64,000 bases of DNA. Source: Smithellaceae bacterium (lineage in GTDB: Bacteria > Desulfobacterota > Syntrophia > Syntrophales > Smithellaceae). Numbering within the stretch: position 1 is the first letter of the stretch; each line of letters begins with the position of its first letter. Shown here one piece after another: positions 1 through 9,848 of the stretch. A model generated the notes under the pieces. The model did not search any database, was not told where the DNA came from, and saw only the letters and a program-made list of their open reading frames with translations. The position numbers and the translations under genes are program-made. The stretch spans positions 1,088,001 through 1,152,000 of the forward strand of contig CAXXVL010000002.1 in NCBI GenBank assembly GCA_963667845.2, written 5' to 3'.

Positions 1-398
1 TATATGCCTCACGGAACATCTTCATCGACCGCTCCAATACTGCTAAAGCGATCGAGAGCATCAACAAAGGCATCGATCGACTTCCCAGGGGAGTAAGTAT
101 CATGGTGTTTGCCGAAGGCACCCGGTCGCCGGACGGACAAATCCAAGAATTCAAAAAAGGGGGGTTCGTTACGGCCGTCCGGCGGAACATCCCCATCCTG
201 CCTGTCACCGTTAATGGAAGCCGGCGCGTCCTGCCCAAAAAAAGTCTTGCCGTGAGCCCGGGAAAAATCCAGGTTGTCATCGGTGACCCGATCGATACCG
301 GCGGATACACGGCTGATAATGTTCAGGTGCTCATCGACAAGACCCGCGATGCCGTCATCGCCAATTTCGATCCGGGTTACACAGGTAACGAGTGCTGA
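1..398 (+). CDS. plsC: 1-acyl-sn-glycerol-3-phosphate acyltransferase (5' end outside window)
   Basis: Frame open from position 3 (YASRNIFIDRSN...); FIDR and FAEGTRS acyltransferase motifs, followed by FKKG and PILPV. Confidence 0.85.
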   Translation, partial: YASRNIFIDRSNTAKAIESINKGIDRLPRGVSIMVFAEGTRSPDGQIQEFKKGGFVTAVRRNIPILPVTVNGSRRVLPKKSLAVSPGKIQVVIGDPIDTGGYTADNVQVLIDKTRDAVIANFDPGYTGNEC

Positions 399-608
399 AA
401 CAAAAGCGCCACTTTTTTCGCTGCGGTCTGGCAGTTGCCGAGGGTAAAGTGGCGTCCTGTTTGCAATAAACCGCGGCGAAGAGAAATATTGGTCAATGTC
501 GGTATTGGCCGGTTTACTGGCATTGAGGCCTTGACGTATCCACTATTTCACCAACCTCTCTTATTCCTCATCATACCTGTTTAGGTTTAAACATATCTGT
601 CAAATCCC

Positions 609-637
609 TTGACTTAGTCACCGAATATTTCTATTCT
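609..637 (+). promoter_or_regulatory. Putative sigma-70 promoter of fadD, with a palindrome over the -35
   Basis: TTGACT-N17-TATTCT; palindrome TGACTTAGTCA at 610-620. Confidence 0.55.
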
Positions 638-854
638 GTCGCCCAGAAAAAGAATGCATATCAGACGAAAGTTAACTATCCTTGGAACACGATTCATAGT
701 GTTTTACAGAACCTGCGGAATCGAAGTTATTTCAAGAAGCAGCGTTTTCAATAGTTTTACAGACAAAACCATCAAACCAGTAACCGGGCCGCTATGGGCC
801 ATCGTTGAACTTCAAGTCCATTCAAACAAATGACGAAAGGGAAGGGAGAGGATT

Positions 855-2681
855 ATGGCGATCTTTGAATACGGAGAATACAGTAATGTTTGTGAACCCC
901 CGGACAATTTGGTGGATATCTTTGAACACAGCGTTGCCCGCTATACGAACAATCTTCTGATCGGTGAGAAGGACAGCGCCGGGGTGTATCAATGGGTCAC
1001 CTACGGCCAGATCGCCGGCCGCGTGAATAATCTGCGCGCGGGATTGGCGGCAATCGGAGTAAAGGCCGGAGACACGGTCGGGATCATCGCCAATAACAGG
1101 AAGGAATGGTTGATTGGAGAAATCGCCACCCAGGGCTTGGGCGCCGCCTATGTGCCGATGTATGAAAAAGAACTGGTGTCGATGTGGAAGTACATTATCC
1201 AGGATGCCGAGATCAAAATTTTGTTTGTTTCCAAGCCGGAGATTATGGAGAAGGTCAAAGATTTCCCTTCCGAAATCCCCAGTCTCAAGCAGATCTACCT
1301 GATCGAAGGAACGGGCGAAAGCACCATGGCCGCCCTGGAGAGTAAAGGTGCGCAAAACCCCGTGCCTGTCCGAAAGCCAAAGCATTCCGAAGTTGCGGTT
1401 CTGATTTATACGTCCGGCACCACCGGCGAACCCAAAGGCGTCCTTCTTTCTCATGGCAATCTGGCCGAAAACGTTAAGGCCGGTTTGGCCTGGTTTCCCA
1501 ATCTGACCGAAAAGAGCCGCTGCATCTCCATGCTTCCCTGGGCGCACTCATTCGGGATTACGGCTGATTTGCATGCTTTTATCCTGAGGGGCGGTTCTAT
1601 CGGCATTATGGGCTCGGTAGAGACGTTGATTGATGATTTGCCCAAAATCTGTCCCTCGTTTATGACCACCGTGCCCCGGATCTTCAACAAGGTCTATAAT
1701 GGTGTCTGGGCTAAGATGAGGGAAGAAGGCGGCTTGAAATTGAAGCTCTTTGAAGCAGCGATTGCCGCCGCGAAGCGCAAACGGGAAACCGGTAAAGACA
1801 GTTTGAAACACAAAATCCTGGATAAAATCGTTTTGTCCAAGATCCGAGCCCGCTTTGGCGGCTGTCTGGATAATGCGGTCACCGGCAGTGCTCCCATGAA
1901 TGTGGACATCGCCAAGTTCTTTATCGATGTCGGGATACCCACGTATGATGCCTATGGTTTGAGTGAAACGTCTCCGGCCATCACCATTAATTCCCCGCTG
2001 ATGGGGAATCATCTGGGCTCGGTCGGGAAACCGATCAATAAAACCAAAGTGGTGATTGATCGTTCGCGGACAGGCCAGGATGGCGACGATGGCGAGATCC
2101 TTTGCTTCGGGCCGCAGTGCATGATCGGCTATCACAAAAAACCGGAAAAGACCCAGGAAGTAATTGTGGAAATGAACGGCATGCGGGGCGTGCGAACGGG
2201 TGATCGGGGACGTCTGGATGATGACGGGTTTTTATACATCACCGGTCGGTTCAAGGAAGAATATAAACTGGCCAATGGCAAATATATTCATCCGGAGACC
2301 ATCGAACTGGAAATGAAGATCCTGCCCTGGGTTCTCAACGCCGTGGTGGCGGGGGCGGGACATGAATACAATGTGGGCTTAATTGTTCCCGATATGCAAT
2401 TGCTGAAGCATCTGGCCGTCGAATTGAAATTGTCCGTCGAACCGAAGGACCTTTTTGATCCGGCCAATCCCGCAGGCCGGAAATTCAAAGACCTGCTCAC
2501 CGCAGAAGTCCAGAACCACCTCCGGAAATCCATCGGCTCCTATGAAATTCCGCGCAAATTCGATTTTATCCTGGAAGATTTTACGCTGGACAACGGCATG
2601 CTTACCCAGACCATGAAACTGAAACGCGGCGTGGTCATGGAAAAATACGGTGATATGCTCAATAACCTTTATAAGGAATAA
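855..2681 (+). CDS. fadD: Long-chain fatty acid--CoA ligase (AMP-binding family)
   Basis: YTSGTTGEPKG, YGLSETSP, TGDRG and TMKLKR motifs; 608 aa; GGAGAGG RBS. Confidence 0.9.
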   Translation: MAIFEYGEYSNVCEPPDNLVDIFEHSVARYTNNLLIGEKDSAGVYQWVTYGQIAGRVNNLRAGLAAIGVKAGDTVGIIANNRKEWLIGEIATQGLGAAYVPMYEKELVSMWKYIIQDAEIKILFVSKPEIMEKVKDFPSEIPSLKQIYLIEGTGESTMAALESKGAQNPVPVRKPKHSEVAVLIYTSGTTGEPKGVLLSHGNLAENVKAGLAWFPNLTEKSRCISMLPWAHSFGITADLHAFILRGGSIGIMGSVETLIDDLPKICPSFMTTVPRIFNKVYNGVWAKMREEGGLKLKLFEAAIAAAKRKRETGKDSLKHKILDKIVLSKIRARFGGCLDNAVTGSAPMNVDIAKFFIDVGIPTYDAYGLSETSPAITINSPLMGNHLGSVGKPINKTKVVIDRSRTGQDGDDGEILCFGPQCMIGYHKKPEKTQEVIVEMNGMRGVRTGDRGRLDDDGFLYITGRFKEEYKLANGKYIHPETIELEMKILPWVLNAVVAGAGHEYNVGLIVPDMQLLKHLAVELKLSVEPKDLFDPANPAGRKFKDLLTAEVQNHLRKSIGSYEIPRKFDFILEDFTLDNGMLTQTMKLKRGVVMEKYGDMLNNLYKE

Positions 2682-2688
2682 ACATCAT

Positions 2689-2722
2689 GCAAGGAGGAGG
2701 GACATCCGTTCCTCCTCCTTGC
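2689..2722. terminator. Hairpin between convergent genes
   Basis: GCAAGGAGGAGG / CCTCCTCCTTGC 12-bp stem just after the fadD stop. Confidence 0.65.
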
Positions 2723-2775
2723 CTCGATTGGTTCTTCAGTCAACCGCCGCGAATTGATGAATGTTCGGGGAGTGC

Positions 2776-3678
2776 TCATTCGTCCTTCTTATAGTATCCC
2801 GCCCATTTCGAATCAATCTGCTGCTGAATTTCCGCGATCTGCGTTTCGGTTAAGACCTTGAAGCGCGATTGGGCGCGGAAGTATTCACGCACCGGCACCA
2901 GCTTACGCTTTTCAACAAGCTTTTCCGATGCTGCCGTCAGCCTGAACTCGCCGTTCACAATCTCGTAGAGGTCGTAGTATCCGGTTTCCACCGCGAGCCG
3001 GCCGATCTTAATGCCGTAGCGCGGGTCGTAGCCCCAGCCCGGAGGGCAGGGGATATGAATATGGAAATACTTGGTGCCCGGCATATCCTTGCACTTGATG
3101 ATCTTATCATAGAGGTCCAGCGGATAGGCTGCGGAGCAGGCCGCAACATAACTCAAATGGTGTGCCGCCATGATGGCCGGGACATCTTTCTTCTGCTGCA
3201 GTTTTCCCTTGAAGGGCGTGTTGGCTGTAATGGCGCCGATCGGGGTTGTGCCCGAGCGCTGCACGCCGGTGTTCATGTAGCCTTCGTTGTCGTAACAGAA
3301 ATAAATGAAATTGTCGCCGCGCTCTGCCGCGCCCGACAGGGCCTGCAAGCCGATGTCGCTGGTTCCGCCGTCGCCCGCCCAGCCGGCAACTTTGATATGT
3401 GTTTTGCCCTGGGATTTCAGCGTGGCCAGGATTCCGGTAGCGGCGGCAGCCGTTGAAGCAAAAGTCACATTCAGGCAGGCTAGTTTGGTGGAGGCAACGG
3501 GGAACAGCCCCTGTAAGACGGTCAGACAACTCGGGGGAACGACCAGCATCGTATCTCTGCCCAGAGCTTTGAGACCAACCCTGTAGGCGATAGCCAGGCC
3601 GCAGCCCGTGCAGGCGCGCGTTCCCGGATGAACAAATTCTTCCGTCGGCAAACTTAAAATAGTGGTTTTAGACTGCAT
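2776..3678 (-). CDS. porB: 2-oxoacid (pyruvate-type):ferredoxin oxidoreductase beta subunit, operon 1
   Basis: ACTGCG, TPP-binding GDGG...DNEGYMNTG, CPPGWG. Confidence 0.88.
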   Translation of the reverse strand: MQSKTTILSLPTEEFVHPGTRACTGCGLAIAYRVGLKALGRDTMLVVPPSCLTVLQGLFPVASTKLACLNVTFASTAAAATGILATLKSQGKTHIKVAGWAGDGGTSDIGLQALSGAAERGDNFIYFCYDNEGYMNTGVQRSGTTPIGAITANTPFKGKLQQKKDVPAIMAAHHLSYVAACSAAYPLDLYDKIIKCKDMPGTKYFHIHIPCPPGWGYDPRYGIKIGRLAVETGYYDLYEIVNGEFRLTAASEKLVEKRKLVPVREYFRAQSRFKVLTETQIAEIQQQIDSKWAGYYKKDE

Positions 3679-3688
3679 TGAAAATCTC

Positions 3689-4888
3689 CTAAAGCTTAAG
3701 CCCGATCCATGTGGGCTCTTTGGAAACGCGGCCCTGGGTTGCAGCTTTTAATGCTTGCGTTAACTCGTCGGTGCGGATTTCGCGTCCACCGATCCCGGCG
3801 ATATAATTTTGAACCGGCGGCAGTGAGCCTGTGCCGGCCAGATGTTCATAAAGCGCTGCCTTTAAATCCGATACCAGAGCGCCCTCATAGCCGTAACTGA
3901 GCGCCTTTTCAAAAACGATGACGCCTTTCTTGCCTTTCAGGGCCATGGCAATAGCCTGGTCCGGGAATGGCCGGTAGAACCGAACACCCATGACGCCGAC
4001 CTTGATGCCTTCATTTCTTAGCTCATCCACGGAAACCCTCAGTTGATAGGTGATGGAACCCAAGCCCGCGGCGATGTAATCGGCATCGTCACAGCGGTAC
4101 GGTTCTATGTAAGGATCGCCGCTCCGGCCGAAGACATCGGCAAATCGCTTTTCCGCATCCGCTGCGACGTCCAGCGTCTTTCGTAAATCTTCATGAAGGA
4201 GATACCGGATTTCCATGTAACCGTGAGCCAGTTCGCCTTTAACATCCAGCCTCACATCCGGCAGGGTGACGGTATTGAGGTTGGCCGGTTCATCGGGATT
4301 CAGAAAATATTCCGGCTGGAAGGGCGGCAGGAAGGCATCGACCTTTTCCTGATCCGGCAGATCGAAAGGCATGAACGTATGCGACAGGATATATCCGTCA
4401 TAACAGACCATGATCGGGATGCTGACTTTTTCCGCAAGCCAATAAGCCTTGATCACGGTATCGATGATCTGCTGGTGATCGGAGCAATAAATCTGTATCC
4501 AGCCTGTATCACGCTGAGAAATGGAATCCTGCTGGTCGTTCCAGACATTCCAGGGGGCGCCGACTGCCCGGTTCACCACGCACATAACGATGGGAAGCCT
4601 CGCGCCCGATGCCCATTGGACTTGCTCATGCATGTAAAGCAGACCATTGGCGCTGGTGGCGGTGAAAACCCTGGCACCCGCGGAGGATGCCGCAATGCAG
4701 ACCGCCAGTGCGGAGTGCTCACTTTCAACAGGAATATATTCGGCCTTCATCTCGCCTGATTCCACATACTCGGATAATTTTTCCGTAAGCGGTGTCTGGG
4801 GGGTAATGGGGTAAGCCGCGATGACACTGGCCCGGCAAAGCTTGACGCCTAATGCTGCTGCTGCGTTTCCGTCTTCAATGATGTGCAT
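3689..4888 (-). CDS. porA: 2-oxoacid:ferredoxin oxidoreductase alpha subunit, operon 1
   Basis: YPITP, VESEHSA, VNRA, YRPFP, GIGGR motifs. Confidence 0.88.
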   Translation of the reverse strand: MHIIEDGNAAAALGVKLCRASVIAAYPITPQTPLTEKLSEYVESGEMKAEYIPVESEHSALAVCIAASSAGARVFTATSANGLLYMHEQVQWASGARLPIVMCVVNRAVGAPWNVWNDQQDSISQRDTGWIQIYCSDHQQIIDTVIKAYWLAEKVSIPIMVCYDGYILSHTFMPFDLPDQEKVDAFLPPFQPEYFLNPDEPANLNTVTLPDVRLDVKGELAHGYMEIRYLLHEDLRKTLDVAADAEKRFADVFGRSGDPYIEPYRCDDADYIAAGLGSITYQLRVSVDELRNEGIKVGVMGVRFYRPFPDQAIAMALKGKKGVIVFEKALSYGYEGALVSDLKAALYEHLAGTGSLPPVQNYIAGIGGREIRTDELTQALKAATQGRVSKEPTWIGLKL

Positions 4889-4893
4889 GGCGT

Positions 4894-5214
4894 CTACTCC
4901 TTATCCTTTTCTTCTTCCGCGAATTTCGCTTCATCCACCATCGTGATCGCCTTCGTGGGACATTCTTCGGCGCAGATGCCGCAGCCCTTGCAGTATTCCA
5001 GGTTAACCGTCGGCGGAATCGTCCGGGAGATCACGACTTCCGGACAAAACAGCCAGCAGATGAAGCAGGATTCTTTATTTCTTTTGCAGGGGATGCAGAG
5101 ACTCCGATCAAAGACCGGCCGCTCAACTCTCCATGAGCCTGTTCTGCCGCCGTCCCCGGGCCCGTGCTCACTGTGTGATGTTTTTCTTCTGTAATTTCTG
5201 GTACCCATTTTCAT
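4894..5214 (-). CDS. porD: 2-oxoacid:ferredoxin oxidoreductase delta subunit (2[4Fe-4S]), operon 1
   Basis: TGSWRVERP, CFICWLFCPE, YCKGCGICAEECP. Confidence 0.88.
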   Translation of the reverse strand: MKMGTRNYRRKTSHSEHGPGDGGRTGSWRVERPVFDRSLCIPCKRNKESCFICWLFCPEVVISRTIPPTVNLEYCKGCGICAEECPTKAITMVDEAKFAEEEKDKE

Positions 5215-5771
5215 CCTCCCGCCACCGTTCGTTCATAGGCAATTTTGGCCGCCAATGAATTCTTTTCCGGCTTGCGTGTTCTGAATTCCTCTTCTATGCC
5301 TTTGATCAGCGTATCGATGCCCAGGAGGTTTGTCGCTTTTTCCAGCGACCCGATAATCCCGGTGTTCACCATCCCGTGAGGAAGACCCGCTTCCACTGAA
5401 ATAGCGGTAATGTCAGCGGTGGCCAGCTTAAAATCTTTGAAGTGATAGAATTCAAACGCCATGGGTGTGTTCAAAACGATAATTCCTCCGGGTTTGAGGC
5501 CATGAGTGACATCCGCTTCCTTAAGCAGCAGATGGTCGAGGACGACGACGATATCCGGCGTTTCGATCGGCGTCAAATCATAGATCTTTGTTTTTGAGAT
5601 CTTCAGAGATGTCATGACCGGCGCGCCCCTGCGCTCCGTCCCGAAAGTCGGCGCCATGACCACACCCGGATAACCGGAGACGAACGCCGCTCCGGCAACA
5701 ATCTTGGCCGCCGTGATGGCGCCTTGACCGCCGCGTCCGTGCCAGCGGATTTCAATGTAATCTTTGCTCAT
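5211..5771 (-). CDS. porC: 2-oxoacid:ferredoxin oxidoreductase gamma subunit, operon 1
   Basis: IRWHGRGGQG, FGTERRGAP. Confidence 0.88.
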   Translation of the reverse strand: MSKDYIEIRWHGRGGQGAITAAKIVAGAAFVSGYPGVVMAPTFGTERRGAPVMTSLKISKTKIYDLTPIETPDIVVVLDHLLLKEADVTHGLKPGGIIVLNTPMAFEFYHFKDFKLATADITAISVEAGLPHGMVNTGIIGSLEKATNLLGIDTLIKGIEEEFRTRKPEKNSLAAKIAYERTVAGG

Positions 5772-5843
5772 AAGAACTCCAGGTATTTAGGCTATAGACT
5801 ATAGACGATGGGCTATAGGAATAGCAGATAATATTTTTAACCG

Positions 5844-7832
5844 TCAAACCTTAATTTTAACTTTCCTTCGTTTTTGAATCACGGCAATAACGGCAATAAT
5901 GAGCAGCAGCAAAACCATCACTGAGAGCGACAGCACAATCAGCGTCGGCGTTGTTGCCCGTGACACCAGATTGACCGGACTTACACTCGGCTTTTCTACA
6001 ATGCGTCCAAGCTTGCCTTTGTATTTTTCCGGAACGTCCGGAATGCCGTTGCCGTCACTATCCGGGAAAGACCGGACGTATTTGACGAGGCCCTGCCACT
6101 CTTTAAGCTCCTGAATGCCCGGCAGGGACTTATCGCCGTCAACCAGCGCGGCTGATAACTTTTCAATGGCTTTGCCGTTTTTGTCTTTCGGCACAATATT
6201 CAGCATGGAATACGTGAACCGGCCGACCAGTTTTAAAAAAGTTGCGTTGTAAATATTGGCGGCTACCCGATAGAGTTTCTTGTTGGACTGGCTGTAGTCC
6301 AGCGGCACATAGCCTTCTTCTTCGTTTCCTATCTCCATACCGGTCACGCGGTCAAAAATGACCCGATGCGGATTATAGGTAAAACGCAGTCCGGAAATTT
6401 GCAGAAAATAATCATCACTTTTGATTGGCCTCACACTGGTGAGGATTTCCATGGCCCTTTTGATTTCATAGCCGTAAAGATAAAAACTGATCAGCGGATA
6501 ACCCATAGTGTTGTCCGCGCCGATGCCCAGAGGAAAGGTGCGGAATAAATCACCCAGGATGATCTTGCCGGTGACGCCTTTAAGCAAATCATCACGGATA
6601 ATGCCGTTGGATTCGACGGCGATTGCGACACGGCTTACCGGATCTTTTTCATCGGAATCAACTTGATTGACATACCAGCGGATGGAATCGGCAATCATAT
6701 TGCCCAGGGGTGATTCCGCCGCCGTATTGGTTAAATCCCACCTGGTTTCGGCGATGACCTGATCATAGGACAAATGAGCGGGACCGAGCAATTGCGTGTC
6801 TATCTTTTGGTTGAAGCCATTGATCATATTTTGGATATTGGCATCTCCGGCGAGAGAACTGTTGATGGCCATAGCGGTGTAGTTCTTCAACGTTACCTTG
6901 CCGTTGTCATAGGCAATATCCAGGATGCCCACCTGCTTTCCGTAACACCACGCCTGAACAATGATGGTGCCGTAAGCGGAGATGGGTTTATCCAGTTTCG
7001 TATGGGTGTGCCCGCTGATAATAACATCAATGCCCGGGACTTTTTGGGCCAGAATGATATCTTCCGACTTTTTCGGGTTGTCCCGCAGTCCGCCATGCGA
7101 CAGGCAAATAACGATATCCACTTTTTCCTGATTGCGCAGGATGGCGACCATATCCCGTGCCGTTTCAACGGGGTCGCGGAAGGTCAAGGGTTTGGCGAAA
7201 GGGGATACATCAACTGCGTCTTTGCCGAGAATGCCGAAGATGCCTATTTTCATGCCGTTACGTTGTAGCACGATATAGGGCCTCACGCCTGCTTCGGTAA
7301 AAGCATCAGCAAGATCAGACAAGGACGCCTGTTGGCGGTCAAAGACCGGATTGGCTGAGACGATCTGCGGCAGGCCATCCTTGGCTTTGGCTGCTCTCAA
7401 AATAGCGGTCAGTCCTGCGGGCTTGAGATCAAATTCATGATTGCCCAGTGTGATCGCATCGTAGCCCATTGCTTTAAGCAAACGCAATTCGAAGGCTTCT
7501 TCGCGGATCAGCATATGGAACAGGGAGCCCATGGTGAAATCGCCCGCGTCGAGAGTCAGGACGGGATTGATTCTTGTTCTTTTTGTATTGTTTATGACTG
7601 TTGCAACCCGCGCCCAGCCCCCCAGGGTTTTATCGGCATTGACTTTGAAGGGTTGATAATCGATTTCCGGCGAAAATCCCTGAAAATGAGAGTGCATATC
7701 ATTCGTATGCACGATCGTGATCAGCTTTTCGGCGGCAAAAAGGTTGGTCGAGAAAAGTATTGCAAAAAGGATAATTCCTGCACGCAGCAACGGTGCGATT
7801 CTCTTCAGGACTCTAATCTTGTTCTTCGTCAT
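5844..7832 (-). CDS. Membrane-anchored 5'-nucleotidase / UDP-sugar hydrolase family metallophosphoesterase
   Basis: HTNDMH, DAGD, GNHEFD, LSH and GHTH motifs; N-terminal signal peptide from MTKNK (ATG 7832); C-terminal TM helix with basic tail. Confidence 0.85.
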   Translation of the reverse strand: MTKNKIRVLKRIAPLLRAGIILFAILFSTNLFAAEKLITIVHTNDMHSHFQGFSPEIDYQPFKVNADKTLGGWARVATVINNTKRTRINPVLTLDAGDFTMGSLFHMLIREEAFELRLLKAMGYDAITLGNHEFDLKPAGLTAILRAAKAKDGLPQIVSANPVFDRQQASLSDLADAFTEAGVRPYIVLQRNGMKIGIFGILGKDAVDVSPFAKPLTFRDPVETARDMVAILRNQEKVDIVICLSHGGLRDNPKKSEDIILAQKVPGIDVIISGHTHTKLDKPISAYGTIIVQAWCYGKQVGILDIAYDNGKVTLKNYTAMAINSSLAGDANIQNMINGFNQKIDTQLLGPAHLSYDQVIAETRWDLTNTAAESPLGNMIADSIRWYVNQVDSDEKDPVSRVAIAVESNGIIRDDLLKGVTGKIILGDLFRTFPLGIGADNTMGYPLISFYLYGYEIKRAMEILTSVRPIKSDDYFLQISGLRFTYNPHRVIFDRVTGMEIGNEEEGYVPLDYSQSNKKLYRVAANIYNATFLKLVGRFTYSMLNIVPKDKNGKAIEKLSAALVDGDKSLPGIQELKEWQGLVKYVRSFPDSDGNGIPDVPEKYKGKLGRIVEKPSVSPVNLVSRATTPTLIVLSLSVMVLLLLIIAVIAVIQKRRKVKIKV

Positions 7833-9477
7833 TGGACACCCCCTCCTCCCTAGCATAAAATGACCGTCCTGAAAAGTTTGTATTGGGCACAGCGGCTTCA
7901 ATTTTTTCTAAAAGTCCGAAAAGGGAGGTTTTGTCCAGAGCGGATACGGCCACAGCGTCAAAACGCCGGGTCAAGGTTTCCAGAAGTTCTTTGTCAGGAA
8001 AGCGGTCCGCTTTGTTGAAAACGCGTATTGTTGGTTTCCCGGAGATATCCAGTTCTTCCAGAATGCCGTCCACCGCCGAAATCTGTTCTTCAAATTGACT
8101 GCTGCTGATATCGATGACATGGATCAGCAAGTCAGCTTCCTGAAGCTCATCGAGTGTTGCCCGAAAGGCGCTGAATAGTTCCTTGGGCAGATTGCGGATG
8201 AATCCCACCGTGTCGGTGATAATCGCCTCGGTATCGCGCGGGAAGCGCAGCCGCGCGCTCTTGGTGTCCAGCGTGGCAAAGAGTTTATCTTCCGCCAGGA
8301 CGGCGCTTTGCGTGAGCGTATTGAGGAGCGTCGATTTTCCCGCGTTCGTGTAGCCCACGATGGAAATCACGGGCAGGCTCGACTTATTCCGGCGTCCCCG
8401 CCGCTGCCCGCGTGATTTTGTGATCGCTTTCAAATCTTTTTCGAGACGCGAGATGCGTTCGCGGATCCGGCGACGATCGATTTCCAGTTTGGTTTCGCCG
8501 GGTCCCACGCCGCCGATCCCTCCCGCCAGTCTGGAGAGAGACGTGTCTTTGTGCATCAGGCGCGGCAGCAGATATTTGAGTTGCGCCAGTTCCACCTGAA
8601 TTTTTCCTTCGCGGCTGTGGGCGCGGTGGGCGAAGATATCCAGGATCACCTGAGAGCGATCGATGATTTTCAAGCCGGTAAAGTCGCTGATGGAGCGAAC
8701 CTGTGCCGGCGTTAATTCGTGGTCGAAGATCAGCAGATTTGCGCCGATTTGCGTCGCGTGCAAATCAATATCGGCCAGTCTGCCCCGGCCGACGAGATAT
8801 TTCGGATCCGGTTGGGGACGGTATTGAATCTGCGTGTCAAACACCGCGACGCCGCAGGTCTTGGCCAACTGCCTGAGCTCTTCCAGTGAGGCCGCCGGAT
8901 CCGCCAGCGGATTTTTTTCTACCCGGATAAGGATGGCTCTTTCCGTTGCCTCAATTTTGCGCGTTTTCTGCGTCCTGGCAAACTCATCTTCCAGCGCGGC
9001 AATGAATGATAAGAAATTGATATCCAACCGGTGCGGTTCCTGAGGTTCGTGAATGAGCCAGTACTCGCCCTGTGGATTTTCCGGAATCAGGTGCGCCCAG
9101 AAAAGCCTGCCGGGAGTTCCGTCTTCGCGTACCTGGAGTGCACCCATCAGGTCCAGGCGTAAATGGGATAAATCCGTCAAATCCTCCGGAGAAATCTCTT
9201 CGCCGTTTAAATGTGTATGGATCAGACGCAGACCTTTGAAGCGCGTGGATGCCGCGCGGAAAGCATCAAGGCTGGGAATAAAGATGCCTTTGTGATCGCC
9301 TAATATAACCATCGTGATTTCGCCCCTGCGGCTGATCAGTAACCCGATTTGCCGGTTGAGTTCCCGTGAAAGAAACGATATTTCCCGTGCCAGATCATTG
9401 CTGATGATATTTTCCGGCGGGTTGCCGCGGCGATAGAGGCGTTCCAGGGATTTGATTTGCTGGGCACCAAGCCCCAT
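7813..9477 (-). CDS. hflX: GTPase HflX, long form (true start may be an ATC at 9501 or 9504)
   Basis: GYTNAGKST, KLFATLD, DTVGF, NKAD, GPGETKLE. Confidence 0.93.
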   Translation of the reverse strand: MGLGAQQIKSLERLYRRGNPPENIISNDLAREISFLSRELNRQIGLLISRRGEITMVILGDHKGIFIPSLDAFRAASTRFKGLRLIHTHLNGEEISPEDLTDLSHLRLDLMGALQVREDGTPGRLFWAHLIPENPQGEYWLIHEPQEPHRLDINFLSFIAALEDEFARTQKTRKIEATERAILIRVEKNPLADPAASLEELRQLAKTCGVAVFDTQIQYRPQPDPKYLVGRGRLADIDLHATQIGANLLIFDHELTPAQVRSISDFTGLKIIDRSQVILDIFAHRAHSREGKIQVELAQLKYLLPRLMHKDTSLSRLAGGIGGVGPGETKLEIDRRRIRERISRLEKDLKAITKSRGQRRGRRNKSSLPVISIVGYTNAGKSTLLNTLTQSAVLAEDKLFATLDTKSARLRFPRDTEAIITDTVGFIRNLPKELFSAFRATLDELQEADLLIHVIDISSSQFEEQISAVDGILEELDISGKPTIRVFNKADRFPDKELLETLTRRFDAVAVSALDKTSLFGLLEKIEAAVPNTNFSGRSFYAREEGVSNDEEQD

Positions 9478-9848
9478 TGTAATGCCGAATATCTTGTTGA
9501 TGATGTATCTTCCTTGCAGACCTCTGTTAAACGGTCATTTTACTGATAAACTATCACACTTTATGAGAAGGTGTCAAAAGACAAATGAACGAAGATAAAC
9601 GCGCAATAAGAAGTCGGAGACTGGTGGGAAAAACAAAACGACGGAATCGGACATCAAGATCCGGGAGTCCGGTTTCATTCTATTCAGAGATGATATTTCA
9701 ACAATCTGCCGCTGATTCAGCTTCCTAATTCATATCAGGACCAATCCTATTCTCATGAAATCTATGGCCCCAATCATCATCGAAAGATCTTCGGTTTTGA
9801 AGGTAAACGCTTCAGTTTATTTGAGCGGTTCCTTGTAGTCATTATCGG

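Noticed and set aside
696..770. GTTTTACAGA direct repeat in the fadD leader
   Set aside because: Two 10-bp copies in AT-rich DNA; could be chance
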